A stretch of 63,447 nucleotides of DNA, filler included, from Choristocarpus tenellus KU-1152 (GCA_964200185.2; 11 parts of 11 records of this genome joined end to end with filler, not necessarily neighbours in it), one strand, 5' to 3'; shown: positions 25,901 to 40,324, counted from the first letter of the whole stretch. The notes: generated from the letters alone by a model not told the origin. Made by a program: numbers and translations.

Positions 25901-28900
25901 TCACATCACCCAATATTTTATCACAGGAAGAATTACATCCTCGCCATTCATTGTACCTCTAACATCCAGAAATAGGAATCTTCGCTCCTTGGCCACCACT
26001 GCGCTATGCTCTTGCCAATAATTGTGCCCACAATCACTCTGACTCTCTTGTCTGAGATGAAGTGCAGCTTCAGCTTGTTTCCACAAGTGAACAACGGTCT
26101 GCTCCATCTTTCAAGTTTCAATTGGATGTTTTGTTAAGGATTGAGTGACATGATTGTCAGTGAAAAAGATAAGATGTGTCTCCACCACAACAACAATACA
26201 ATTGAGTTTCTTGGTCAACCTTTACGCTCACCTTCACGACATGCACAAATACATCAGTATGGCCATGCACTCTATCTCCTGCAATTGCACTCACGTATTG
26301 ACTAGAAACAATGTATTACTGTGTGGGAATTGACAAGCTCAGGAGTACTTTGTGCAGCACATTTTTCTCCCCATGAGAATTCTTACCTTCACAGGTCCAA
26401 CTTGTCCACCACCTTTTGGTGAGATGTGCAGGTCTCTTTGCCACTCAGCCCACAAAAGAGAGGCATTATTTGCCTGGGTCGTCACTCCCATCGATACACT
26501 TGCCAGAACAACTCCCTTTCTCCCTGTCCCTGTGTCTCTGCATTGTCGTCTCCATTGCCCATTTTGCCATAAATCCCTCCTCCTTCCTCGACACTCTGAA
26601 CCAGGAGAGGCAATGGCCACACTGGTTGATTTAACACCAAATCGTGCCAAGATGAGACTCAAGAGATAACCGAGTGAAGGTTCCTTCTTCCCACCTGCCA
26701 CTGCTGTCACCTCTTCCACACCCCATTCCGTGAAGCCATGGGGGATGGCATGTACAGGCCCACCAGTGCACTGGTCAAATGTGGTGGAAACACAAGCTGT
26801 AGGGGGGTTGGGAACTGAATGTATGGGCACAGCCTGCCACCCTTTGCTCCACCAAGACGGATTTAGCCACCAATTGCTGGCCTCACTCCTTCCAAGAATT
26901 GGGTGGAAGATTTTCACCAACTCTGTGACCATTAGACCTGCCACAGCTGCTCGACCTACACTCCAGTCATAGCCCCGGGAGTCCCATATTCCTCCAATGC
27001 CATCTGCCTCAACCCCACTTCCTTCATCTGAGGCTGATGCCTCTGGTCTCACCACATCCTGTTCACCCATACTCCCCACCCTTGATGCGTTCACAAGTTC
27101 AGTCCTGCGTTCTTCAATTTCCCCTAGTCCTCCATGAGTACTGCAGCTGAGGCAGCACGTCTGGCCAGGGATGACGACCTGCGGGTTGATGTTTCACTGG
27201 ATGTCTGTATGGATTTTGATTGCATTGTCAGCATTGTGCTGAATGTGAACTGAGGCATGCCTTTCATCATCGGAAGTTCCCTAACTATACAAATCAAGGC
27301 GAACCCCCCAAAGTAAATGGCTGTTTCATGCTATGTGTACAAACGATTGCATTATGTTGGGCATGATGGTACATTTTTATCTCCCACGGCATACACCCTC
27401 CGTTGCCATCAAAAAAAGCTATTTTTTTTTTCAGATTACCACTTTTCCTGTCGTCAGTTATCTATTTCGGAAATACCCACCTTCCTTTACCCTCCTACGA
27501 GTGAAAGTATCTTAGAGGGTACGAGTTTTGACCTGTTTGTCCATTTGGGGTTTGGCTTCCCATGGGCTTTTTAATACATTTTCCTTCTCCAAAATGTTTC
27601 GGTGTGGGTAAAATGTGTATGTTATTAAAAGGTGTGTCCAGAACATCGACATTGACACTTCCTAACACACACAATTGCCAAAATTACATCAAAATTGCAA
27701 CATTGGACTTCGGCCCCCAAATGGACACGGCTGTACCCTCTAAGATACTTTGGCTCCTACCCATTCCATTAATTCCCCATTCCCTGAGCCCAACCATGAG
27801 GAAAATCCATATATGTTGACTACTAACAAGTACTCAATTGTGCTACTACACCAGGTCACTACCACCACAGTCCTCCTTCCTCAGGCGTGACCATTTTCCC
27901 CTCCCGTTCTTGTATATATATTTCTCTCTCTCTCTCTCTATATATATACCCTCTTTTCACCTGTGTTCCTTTCAGTCTGTTCTTCCCCACACATCTAACC
28001 AAATGTCACGACAAAATAGTTTCAACCTTTTGTCAATCTCTCAATGAATGACACTACTGAGTGGTACTTCTTCACCTGTTTCTTCACCATGGCTACATAA
28101 GTGTTTGTAAACACTTTATTTCGTGAGGCAGGAGGCTATCCCTGAGATATATTCAGGTTCTACACTTAGCTGCTGTGCCTCAAGTGCAGTGTCTGGTAGA
28201 GACCAGGGTCACAATGCCCACCTGCAGCGGGTTGACATTCCCCATTTTCCATTGACGACAACCACTTGTAGTGTGATATCTGTGGCACCTTCATGCCAGT
28301 CATTGAGATACTCTACACTCGTTGTGTACATACATCTTGTACCTTCATTAGTCACTTTTACCACAGAATATTCTTTCAAAACATGACTTAGAAGCAACCA
28401 TAAAATCTTGCTAATGCAGAAGGGACTGTAAAAAAAGGGATGCTGATTGATAGTTCAATTTTGAAACGCCACATCTTGTTCTGTTCTACTCACCTCCACT
28501 CCTCCTCCACCCTCTCCAGTCCCACCAGCCCAACCCCACACCAGGGGCTTCTTGTGCAACACACATTTGTGGTTGAGGAATCTAAGTAGCTCCTCATTGC
28601 CTTTCTTCCCATATCCATCGTCCCGCCCCATGCAAACTACCACTGCATCCACCCCTTCCCAGAGATCGGGATCATGGTCAAAGCACCTGGCACAACCCTC
28701 GAAGGATTGCACACAGAACCCAGGATCAACTCCAATGCCGGTCTGGACCACTGATAACCCCTTCATCAGACTCGAAGCCAAGTTCTGCTCTCCATATGCA
28801 AGGGATACTGGGTAGCGTTTTTCAAGTAATGGAAAGAGGTAGTTTATTGCAGCTATCGACGCACGCATTTACACCACACAACATGGTTGTCAGCCAGCTG

Positions 28901-31818
28901 AGTAGGAGTTTTTTAAAATGGAAGCCAGGGCCACTGGGTTGTTCTGTTCCACTTCAACAGTGTGGAAATTCTGTGGACTATCACAATAAACGGTAATAAT
29001 TGCTTACTGTTGTGAAGGTTAGGGTTAGGGGCTTACAGTAGGGGGAAATTAAGAATAATTTGGATGCCTTCCTTGTCTTGGCATGCATTTTATCGCCCTG
29101 TATGTTGAGGTGCTTGAGAGCCAAAAAATCATGGCCATTGCCGCGGTAGGTATGTGGTAGACATTGGGATGCTGTCGTACATTATTGGAGTATATATTTT
29201 CAAAAACAGGCCAACCCTGCAACATTGCCGGATCGCCAATTTCTCTTCCATTATCCTCAATGTCTAGGTGCAGGTTAATATTGGGGTGCTTCCCTGTGTT
29301 GTTGGAGAATACATTTTTGTGGGCAAGTAGCCCCTTTGCAACTTTTCAGATGTTACAAATACCTTATCTCATAAGCCCAACATACAAGTGCAGAAAAGCT
29401 GTACCTCTGAAATTGGGAGAACCGTTCTCCCTATCCACTACTCAAGAGGTGTCAATCAACTACCCAGGTGTAACAAGAAATGGATAGTGGAGGCAAGCAC
29501 TACTGTTGTGGTGATTAATCCTCTCAGACATACTCTACTCTATTCAGTGAATCACCTGGTCAGCTCAACTCATGCTCGGCTCACCCCTTTTGCTGGAAAG
29601 CCCCCCACAGTTTCCTAAGCCGCTGGGTCTCCTTGGGCAAAACACACTATTGTATGGGAATGATGCTGGTGCCGGGTTAATGTGGTTGCAGTCCATTGCT
29701 ATCAAGCGGCCCTGAGGTCCAATGCATGCACCCATTGCAGCCAGGCAACGGGCTACATCTTGCCCCAGTGCGTCACACCCAATGAGTGCGATCTTTGCAG
29801 ACTTGACCTTACTTGCCAGTGACAATCCCAACCACGCATGAAGAGTATCTCTACCTGTGTTTGGTTTGCAAATCAACATTGAACAGTCTTCAGCGATTGC
29901 ATTTTTTTCTTCTGTATACAGAGGAACGGCCCACCAATTAAGTAATTAATTTCTTGGTGAGATCAACTTCCCAGTTTATCAATGTTCAATGACTCAAAGT
30001 TGTGGCTGACTTCCTCACTCACCTAAGGTGTCCTCCCTGTCGTAAAAGCATGGCCATCTGTTGATCTCAGAGTCCCCCATCTCCAGCCCCTGTATCCCAT
30101 ACCCCCTCGCAGGCCAGACATCAATGTGATACCACTGACCTCCAGTTTGTGGTTGCTGTTGCAAAGACTCAGAGTCAGACTCTATGCGAACTGTATTGTG
30201 TCCAACTATCCAACAATTCACCTCTGCTGCTGCCAATCCTCCAAGTTGGAAGGCCACAGGAGGGAAATTCAGTCGGGCAAGAGCACACACCCTGTAGTAG
30301 AGGATCTTGTCAACAGGTTGTGGCTCCAATGTATAGTCTCTTGGCACCTGTTAGAAGGGTAGGTAGGACTGGGATCACAACTTGGGACTAGAGGCTCTAT
30401 CGGTAGCAATAGAGATAGAAAGGGTATGCAACCCATCCTTGGTCGAAATTTGGTATTTGCAACGAGATCTACTTCCTTTTTGCTGGCAGTTCCTGGGATG
30501 AACTTTAGAGTGTATGCTGTAGGAGGGAGCAGTAACATCTCACTCTGAATTGGGGTGTGGGTTACTGGAGCCTTATCAACTACTGTGGATGATGTGACAG
30601 TTGCCTGCATTAATTCATGTGTTGGCCCATCCACACAACCCACATTTTAAATATATATTCTTCCCGAATTCCCCTCACGTTTCGAGTTGCCTCCATGAAC
30701 TCTTCACCCAGACGCATAACCTCCTCTGCATGATTTCTGTTGAGGGTCAGGGGTGGGTGACCATGTTCCTGGAAGAACATGTGCAGGGCTTGCATGCACA
30801 CGTGTAATTGCACCTTTCTCTTTCCTAGTTCAAGCCTGTCCGTTGGGTAGCCACGAAGACCTGTACAGTCCTCCCCAACGTGATGTATATCCCCTGAACA
30901 ATCAAACATGAAGTTTGGTTTGAGAATGTTTTCCCTCAGGCTTCTCTTGTGCCCAATGTCTCTGAAGAGTCGACCAACTGCGCCCCTAGTTTCCACCAGA
31001 AAAAAAGCACAGTCCACCGCTCTGCTCTGCCAGAGTATCATTAAGTCATGGCATCCTGCACATAGTAAGTTTTTAGTAAAGACAGGGATTATTGACTGAG
31101 CTAATCATAATGTTGTCTACCTCCTTGTAAAATATATTTCTGCATTGCTTGGGCCTCTCAACCTCGAGACACACCTATCTATCTAGGGAGCTCATTGAAA
31201 GATGCCAAACACATTTTATATCGCTGGATGCTTTGTTCATGACTCATAATCCCTTTCAAGCAGTGTATCACTCCCACTTCAGAGCAAATCATACATGTGT
31301 AATATATGAATATACTGAACTATCGTTATGCACACTATATTGTTCAGCATACTGTTCAATAATTTGATTAACGCACTATGACACATAATATCATGTAGAG
31401 GGTAGATAGTTCTCAGTATAGAAAAAAAAGCAGTGCAGTCAGACAAGACTCGCATGTGTCGAAGCATACTCACATGTTCGTTGAAAGCAATGGCTTGGGC
31501 TATCGGCGGGTCTGTCATAATGATCGCTGCAAAACCTTCCTCCACGACTTTCGCAGAACCCAGGGGAGACAATATTTTAACGTTCCCCCTCTTTGTGTTC
31601 TTAAGCTTCATTGACAGTTCTTGGGCCCTTGTCTTCTTACCAGTAGTACCCTCAACACGTGAGAGGGAGCTCATTCCCCTCCATCTATCAGTCGCTGCCG
31701 TATCATCTGAGAGAGTGAGACAGAATCTTTCCGTCACAGCGAGCGCAAGCGTCAGCTCAACTCCTGCTGGTCCCAAACCAACGACAAGCACAGCGGGTCG
31801 TTCACCAGACCCAACCAT
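25901..31818 (-). CDS. Divergent UBA1-like ubiquitin-activating E1-family protein (probable pseudo-enzyme)
   Basis: Exons 31818-31474, 31026-30679, 30347-30023, 29854-29585, a possible small exon near 29294-29220, about 28800-28494, 27178-26387, 26107-25901. UBA1-colinear motifs: VLVVGLGPAGVE, ETRGAVGRLFRDIG, QLHVCMQALHMF, GGLAAAEV...QWYHID, KIALIGCDALG, WEGVDAVV...CVLHKKPLV, VVIPGQT, AAVAGLMVTELVK, FTEW, GEDVILPVIKY near the stop. Confidence 0.82.
27499..27756. mobile_element. MITE, long family (258 bp), in an intron of the E1-like gene
   Basis: TIRs GAGTGAAAGTATCTTAGAGGGTAC...GTACCCTCTAAGATACTTTGGCTC; TSD CTAC/CTAC. Confidence 0.93.
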
Positions 31819-32430
31819 TTGTGCTGATTTGGTAGGTGTTATATAAGTGTCCTCTTGTACTTTGCATGCATAGGTGCCCGCGCTTCGAAGAGGGTTAACT
31901 ATAACCCCAACACAATCCTCTCACAACTCCAATCAAGCGATAAGTTTCAAGTAACAAGTTTGAGCGAAAACACGGCACATCGCCCTCTATCAGTAGTCAC
32001 ACAAATGATTTTCTGTAGTGATGAAATATTTTATCGTACAGCGTCTCGGTTATGAAACAACAATACAGCTGTACAACTTTCGAGTTGCGCTCTGACCAAC
32101 GCTGCGCTACATTACGGGTAGCGGCCGATGAGCAAATATTGTCCTAACTTGATGGGTTACTTACTATACTATTCCAATCTACATATCTACCACTACTCTA
32201 CATTTGGGAGGGAACGTTACACAGACGAGGGAATATCTGGACATCCAAATTGTCTCCAACAAAACCCACGAAAATCTACCTATCCCAATTCATGAGACTC
32301 TCGGTAAAATTCCGCCCTCCTTTTCAACCCAACATCCAAACTCGCCATAGAGCGCTGAATCGTCCTCCCTTGTCTTGAACTGATAAGTGGCAGGAGTGGT
32401 ACCATTGGGTGTTAGTTGCCCTTGTACACT
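31819..32430. promoter_or_regulatory. Putative bidirectional promoter region
   Basis: 612-bp interval between divergent ATGs (31818 minus, 32431 plus) on one contig. No specific motif identified. Confidence 0.5.
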
Positions 32431-35400
32431 ATGCCGACACAAGAGGTCGAGATGAAAGTCAATAGCACCATGGACAATGATGATTCCGAGGATGAAGATG
32501 AGATTGCCTACGGAACAATGGCCAGATTCGTCCCCACACTTGTGCTGGAAAGACTGAGGGACGTTGGAGAAGCTTCAATGGTGGCAAAGAGCGCAGGCGG
32601 CGGTGAAGCTATACCTGACAGAGCGAATAAACCACATGTGAGGACAAAAGACAGCAATAGATTCCGTGATGAATACCTTTATGTGGTGGTAAGGTTTATC
32701 GAAGGTGTGAGTGAATGCCTTCATGAACTGTCGCTGATCCTTGCTGGGTTCCTACTTGCAGATGCACGAGTTGGATGCTGTCGTTATGATGGTGGACGTT
32801 TCTGGTTTCTCCAGTATGTGCGAAAGCTTTGCCCTGGGGCTTCATACTGGACCGACGGACAGACTGCACGGGCAGAAAAATAAGGTAGATCTACAACTGG
32901 AGGGGACAAGATCGAACGGATCACTCCATGGAGATCATGTCCTTTGGCGGAGTTGGACCCGATACTAAACTGTGCCCCCTAAAATACCTCCACATCATGT
33001 ATCTAAGTAAACCTCACCCTTGCGATATCTTAGTATTGTCGCTCTCGGAAATTTCCGGACCGGTTATGCTCGATTCACAGGCAACACCGGACGTGCAGGC
33101 TACACGAAGCCGCCGTAACACCGTCGCATCGGCTGGTGCTGTCACATCCCTGTACCGCCTGGCAAACGAGAGGGAGAAGAAGGGGTTTGGTGCCGAGGGC
33201 GTCAGGGATGCGCTTAATCAAAAGCTTGGCGCTCTTATCTCCAAGGTCAGCACGCGCAGGCTTGGTTGTCGATGGGGGAAGCCGCGTGTAGATGTCAACA
33301 GGCCTGTCTGGCCTGGTGGCAATCGGTCTGTGCGTGTTGGTAGTGCGTGGCTGGGACCGTTGAGGAATCAAATTGACTGCTGATATTTAATGGCCTCAAA
33401 GGTTGCCTTTCTAAATTTGACTGAATGTTGAGCACTTGTTGGCCTGGCTTCTAGGTGAACGTCGTGCAATCCGTTATGAACTGTTTTTATGTAAATGCAC
33501 CCTAATTTAAGGCTTTATACGCGAGATCCGGCAATTCTCTGTGTACAAGTTACCATATTTTTAAAGCACCACCCAAGTTCCAACCTGGAATTTTTCCCCA
33601 TGTACCCCTTGTATAGGTTGAAGAGTATGGAGGTGATGTGTTGCGTATAGCTGGAGATGCACTCATTGTGCTATTCCATCAAGGCAAGGCTGGGGTTGAT
33701 CCATGGGTGAGAAATTGTAACAATTGAGAGCTGCATCAGGAGCTTGGACGGATGCAGTGGTGTTGACGGATGCAGTGTCGATGTTGGTGCTGGTATTGTT
33801 AGTTGGTGAGGGAGTGTGTAAGGTTTAACTGTTCTTGCATTGCACCTATTGTATTGATGATGCCTACCCCTTCTGTGTGAAACCCTCCATTTTTTACAGG
33901 AGTTAACAGAACTGTGCCTGACTTGCTCCCGGTGCGGGTGGACCTGTGCAAGATCTATTGATCCTACTGGGGGTGATAATGACGAGGGACTCTCGGTCCA
34001 TGTCGGAATTGGCTGTGGAAAGGTGTGATGTGATTATTCCATTTGTTGTGTTGAAAATATAGTACACTGAGAATGGTTTGGCAACTGTGGGAGCTAGAGC
34101 TAGGTGGGAATGGGTTTCTTTGCTGTGGGGTGCTTGTGTGTTGCCAGGTGCATCCAGTAAGGAGTCCCTTTACGCCCCGAGATGACCCTCTGTGTGGATC
34201 CTTTTCTTGTTGAAAGCGCTATTTCTTTTTCCAGTCATGTATGCATTAGCAATCATTTCTTGATACATACTTTTCTCCCTCCATTGTATTGGTGGCACAC
34301 TCTTGGCAATATCTTGTTCAATGAAATCACAACTGACCATATTTTCAAGAGGAGGTTAAGAATACCCACATGTGCCAACCTCGCCATGTCTTGCTTCCCT
34401 TGAGTTTTGTGTGCGGTATATATTTTTTCCCTCGGTTCGTGCATTGAGTCCAATTGTTTGTTGAATTATTTCATGTAGTACCCAAGTATCATATCGTGGG
34501 AACGCATTTCCTGTTTTCCTGACTTTTTTTTTAATGCTCTTCTAACGCTGCCATCTACTTCTCCTTGTTGTTCATGGTCCAAACAATTTGCTGCAATCTT
34601 GGAGGATTGTGAGTTTTATGTCATGCACCCATTCCGAACTGCGGCCTTTCTTGCTCAACTCCGCATCTTGTGCTGGTCGCTCTGAACGTGATCCCCTGGG
34701 TGCGATGTGTATTTTGTGTATATGATAAATATGTCCACAATGAACATTGTAGTATTTTCTACCTCCGGAATTGGTCACGGGATCTATGGTAAGCAATGTG
34801 AAATTTGTTAGGATTCGATGTGGAGTTGTCAAGTGCTTGAGAAACAGGAAATGGTAGATGTTTGCCGTACCAAGAATGGAGCCTTGCCTCAATAACAGCT
34901 GGTGTGGTGTAGTGAGCGTTGATAGCTTGGGTGCTTTGGAGGGGACAAGATCTCTTGATATTTGGAGGTACATGTCTCTTCCATGCACAGCACACGATGC
35001 ATGTAACGCAGGATACTTCTGGGTGGGAGTGGCATGAACGATATATGCTGATCCCTTAACCAAACAACCGCCCAACTGACAATCCGTACCCACTACCAGG
35101 TTGACTGTTTTAATGTTGGAAGTGACAAGCTGGGTTGGCAGCTGGTGGTTAGTGGTGAACTTTTCAAGAAGCAGGTGCATGCAAACCTACATACGAGTTT
35201 TCGGGGAGGCCTTCTTGTTACAGTTTCATTTCACTCCCTTGCATTGCGGAATGAACATACCTGCCCTATCAAAATGAACTTGGTTGCACACCAGGACCCA
35301 AGCATTTTGCGATGGGGATTTTTTTCTGCGCGATGACCCACTTTAGGTACAAACTAAAAAAAGTACATGGCACAGTGCTACAGCGCCCACGCACACATGT

Positions 35401-35807
35401 GCAGTTAGTCGTATCACATTTTTTTGTTAATATAGTTTTTATTATGACTATTATGACTATATTGACTGTACGTGTAAGGACTGTTGAGTAAAATGAGCCC
35501 GAGGGGATTCCTGTCCATGTGCATGTAGATTTGTGCTCCATCTTATGCCATGGAAGTATCCAAAGCGGTGTTTCCATCTATAGATGGAATGGAGGTACTG
35601 AGAGATCTGTGGATAAGGACTACCCCTCAGAGAAGCACCATCTGATAGGGCAGGAATGTCCTCTATCGACCCTTCCCTTTGACCATTTTTGAGACTTCAA
35701 CCACATGCATGCTTGTAGGATGAGGACAACTGCCCCCACCGTTTTTATTCTCAACAGGTTTAACCTTATGGGGACTGTTCCTGCCCCATCATGCATGTCA
35801 CCTGACC

Positions 35808-35843
<36 letters not shown>

Positions 35844-36688
35844 CACTGACCTCCACTCCTGGCACATACCATGCCCCACCACTTCACATTGTTATCCATT
35901 GTGTATCATTGACACGGTTGAGATTGTTAGGTGGCAAAGGCATTAGATGCAGCCTCTGCAGGAGAGGTGGTAGTATCAGGCGAGGTCTGGCAGCGCTTGG
36001 CTGGGACGGGGTGGGGTTCAAAGCCAATTGGTGAAAGGTTGTACGGTCTCCGGGTACTGGACTGGGATCCGGTCGATAATACACTTGACAGGGAAGGTGC
36101 GCTTTGTAGGTTGGGTATTGTGGGGGGGGTGGGGGGGCAAAAAGTGCTTGTTTTTTGTAGAAAAAATGAAAGAGAAGAAGGGAACATTGGTGTGTTGACC
36201 ACTGTATGTACCTGCTACCACTGTTGATTGCTTCATGTACATTCACTGGTTTAAGACTGAGCTGGGAGGGGGAAAGGATTTGCACAAGGAGGAGGGGACG
36301 TGGACTGACCTTGCCAGTTTTTTACGTCTTGGTTTGTTGTCTTACGTTCTTGGTGATGTTGTTCTTGCCCGCGTGTCAACTCTCCCCCCTCTTGCCTTCT
36401 CTGCCTTGATGCCTATGCTGTGAGAGCAGCGAATGTGCAGGCAGTGCCCGCTCATGGTAATGAGCTGTTCGTAGCACTGAACGACACTGAGCTGAATCCA
36501 AATCTCGAACGAATTTCTCGGGCTCGTGCCAGCCACTCTGTGCCAGGAGCCATGGTGTCGACGAAGGAAGAGGGCCCTTGGGGGGGCATGCCTTCAAGGA
36601 GGTCGTTTCAACGATCAGGGTCGTGTGACTCCACTTTTTTTGGAAATAAAACTCAAATTGGCACCAGGTAAGCGAGATAAATAGATAG

Positions 36689-36750
<62 letters not shown>

Positions 36751-39052
36751 CGTGCAGTGACTGTGATGTGTGTGATCTGGCGCAGAACCCGCTATTGCCT
36801 CTCCCCTCCATGCTCACATCGTTGCTGGATTGCATGCCTTGTTCTGTACGTATCCTCCTTAGTTGTTACCATACTCATGCTTTCATTTGTTTGTGCATAC
36901 TGCATACTGTGCTTCTGAGAAGGATCTGCAGTCAAAAGATCAGAGTCTTGGGGTACTGGCTTACTCAGTGACAGCTTTTTTGTTCGTGGTGTTCCTAGTT
37001 TGATCCTGTGCTTTTGGGATGGACCGTCGACTCTGCAGAATGAATTCCAAGCACTCCTTGATGTCTGTAGCAAAGTGTTTAAACTCTTGATTTGGGATGA
37101 CATATGTACACGTGAAGTTCTTGTGTAATACTTTAAACTGTATTAACAGTGACCCGGGCTCGCAGAGGGTGTTAGGGGTCTGCGATGTCAAGTACAAATA
37201 CGGGGATTGGTGTAGTGTGCTTTGTTTTGGAGTACTGTACAGTCAGGAGGAGAGCCAGGCAGTGCCAAACTAGAACTCGTGGGAAGTCTATGACGGGCAC
37301 CACATTGTGGGGGACTGCTCACTGGATGGGAGGGGTGTGTGTGGATCAAACAACAACAATTGTTAGTTCTTAATTTTTGCTCGTGGCAGGTCAATTAGGA
37401 GGATCGTACAAGGGGTCTCAATGCTGTGTGGTTTTTGATGTACCAGTAAAAACCCTAACGCTAACCTAACCCTAACCTAGCCCTAACCCTAACCCTTCAG
37501 CCTATTAGTAGTATAGAATATCCAAGATAATGAGAATATCGTACTTGTCCTCAAGAGTATGCCACCACATTCCACTGGCTCTTAATCTCTTGATGAATGT
37601 TTAGTATCTAGCTAGTGATGTTTCTGATGATGCATGATTTGCTGAAGAGGAGTGCTGATGCAGGGCTTTCTAAAACATCCACTACTAGACTTTTTAACCT
37701 GGGCACAATGTGTGTGTGTATGAAGTGGAAATGGAGAGGGAGAGCTTAGCAGTGATGCAAGCCGTGTCATAGTGCTAAAACGGGATGCCCAGGCCTTCCC
37801 ATGTTGTTTCCTAACCACTCCTGGGCCTTGCTATCCCTGATACACGATAAGATAGGTATTTTTTATTGTTCCATGTTGCAACCAGGCTACCAAGTTTCGA
37901 GAAGGGCCTTATCCAAACCAAAGGAACCTATTACATGCTCTTCCCCCACCCCCCCCTTCACTCTTGTGCTGTTGAGGTCAGGTGGTGCCCATCAAGGAGG
38001 AGGGTGTCTCTGTTAGAGGAAGTTGATACTGGGGTGATGACTATGCTTTCGAGCAAGGTTGGGCGTGCCCTGAAAGGCTACTGCCCCCAGCCAGTTAGGG
38101 AAGGATTGGTGAGAGAGTCTTTATGCTTTTGTCCCCTGCCATTCTTCCTCTACGCCGCCCCCGCTCCTTTGTGTTGTGTTGTGTTGTGTTGTGTTGTGTT
38201 GTACAGTACTTGCCCCCCAAACTGGTGCGGAGCTATCTCTACACCGACTAAGATATGTTTCTTTGAACAGTCTCTTGTGAGGTCTGAGACATGCTGTCTC
38301 TCTCTTTTACATCAGTGCAATACATCGTGCATCTACAATGCCCTTGCCCCCTGCCCCCACCCCTTTCCTCCACACGTTGTGTCCTTGATTCTTTTCCCCC
38401 TTTATCTCTTTCATACCTTACAACCCTTCCACCCTTGGTGTGTATTGGTGTATATTCTTATGGTGGTGCCATGTGCATGCCGAGGGTCATACTTCGAGCA
38501 TCTTCCCCAAGTTATGCATGGCAGTATGACCTAACACACCATTTTGCACTACATTGCCTCATACAAGTCTTTTCCACCTTCGCTTATTTTCTTGATCTGT
38601 CTCTGCATGTACAATGAAAGGTGGCGGAGCGCCTGGGTCTTCTAGCAGAGCTGCAGCGCGTGGCTGTAATGTTTGTGGGGATGTCCTTTGAGGGCCCAAC
38701 CTCTGAGAGTCCCTTGCTCCCGTGGACAGGGAGTGGGCAGGGGTCAATGGGGATGGGGCCTGTGGAGGAGGGGAATGGTCCAGGACCAATTCTTGGACAA
38801 GGATTGGAGAAGTGGCCAGGCGATGTACAGAGGGTGGTAGAAGGACAGGGGCATGGAGAGGAGCAGGGGGAACAGGAGCGCCGAGGACAGGGGTTGAGCG
38901 CATATCAGGGACTGGACCTGTCTTTGCTGCAGGACAGCTTTGCTTTCCTTCAGAGCATAGTTGCAGGCCATGAGGGTGTGATCAAGGAGCTGTCTGTGGA
39001 TGACAAGGGCATGGTGAAAACCTGGGAATCTCGAATTGGGGGGAGGAAGGCA

Positions 39053-39106
<54 letters not shown>

Positions 39107-40289
39107 GATGAGAGAGGGGGTATGGCTGCAGTGTGATGTTCAGGGAGACTGTGTAAGCGATGGTGAAAAGGGCTTTTCATCATGTTCTTTGTATTGGATC
39201 AATGAGAGCCTGTAGTACATGGTCAATTTCCGGTGCAGCCTCTTCTCTTGATGAACTGCCCACGTCATCATTCCTGCAACCCCCCCCCGTTTCCTCCGAT
39301 ACAATCGTACTTGCAACGCACTATAGCTACATCCATACCCTCACCCCTCCCATTTCGCTTTGATCATGACCCTGCTTGTGAATGTGGGTAGGTATTGGTG
39401 GTCGGCTTTGGACTATCCCCTCACGTTGGTCACCTCCCGGCAGCGAGGGCTGTTCTGTGCGCGCTTGAGTGTACTGACCGCTTGAAGCTTCGTGGGCTGG
39501 CAGACTGCACGGCAGGTGTGGCAACGGGCCCTGTCTTCTGTGGTTCCTTGGGGTCGGACATCAGGCAAGAGGGATTGAAATGTGCTATCCTAGTGAACAC
39601 AGGAGTGGGAATATAGATAAGAGTTGTGGGCTTTCAATTTGCTGCAGAAACGAGGTTAGTGCTTTATGCATGCATTTGTTTGGGCATGGGTCATGGATTT
39701 TTCGATGTCCTAGACCCCCAGTTTTACCGCAAGTGTTACCCAGCATCCCATCTTTTATCCATCCCCTTGTTGTCCTAATCTATTTCATACGACCGTATGC
39801 CCCCCTTCCCTGAGCTGCCTGACCCTACCCATCCATGCAACCCATCTGAATTCATTTTTTTTTTCCTCTCCACCCCACCATCCCAATTCTGAAGTGCCCC
39901 GCCCCTTCCCCAACTGACATACAAGAATGCTTTGTTTGCACCATCAATTTGTGTCCGTGTATATGTGTGTGTGTCTGTTTGTGTGTCTGTTTGTGTGTCT
40001 GTTTGTGTGTATGTATGTATGTATGTATGTATGTATGTATGTATGTATGTATGTATGTATGTATGTATGAGTGAAAGTATCTTATTAAGAGAGAGTACGA
40101 GTTTTGCCCTGTTTGTCCGTTAGGGCCTTGACTTTCCATGGCATTTTCCAACTCCAAAATTTTTCTGAGTAGGTAAAATGTACATGTTGTGTAATGGTGT
40201 GTCTGGAACAAGGATATTGACACTTCATAACAATCACGATAACCAAAATTACATCAGAATTGCAACATTGGATTATGTGTGTGTATGGC

Positions 40290-40324
<35 letters not shown>

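Noticed and set aside
35572-35589. Perfect 18-bp palindrome TTCCATCTATAGATGGAA
   Set aside because: Isolated, intronic and not repeated in the window; no function can be supported.
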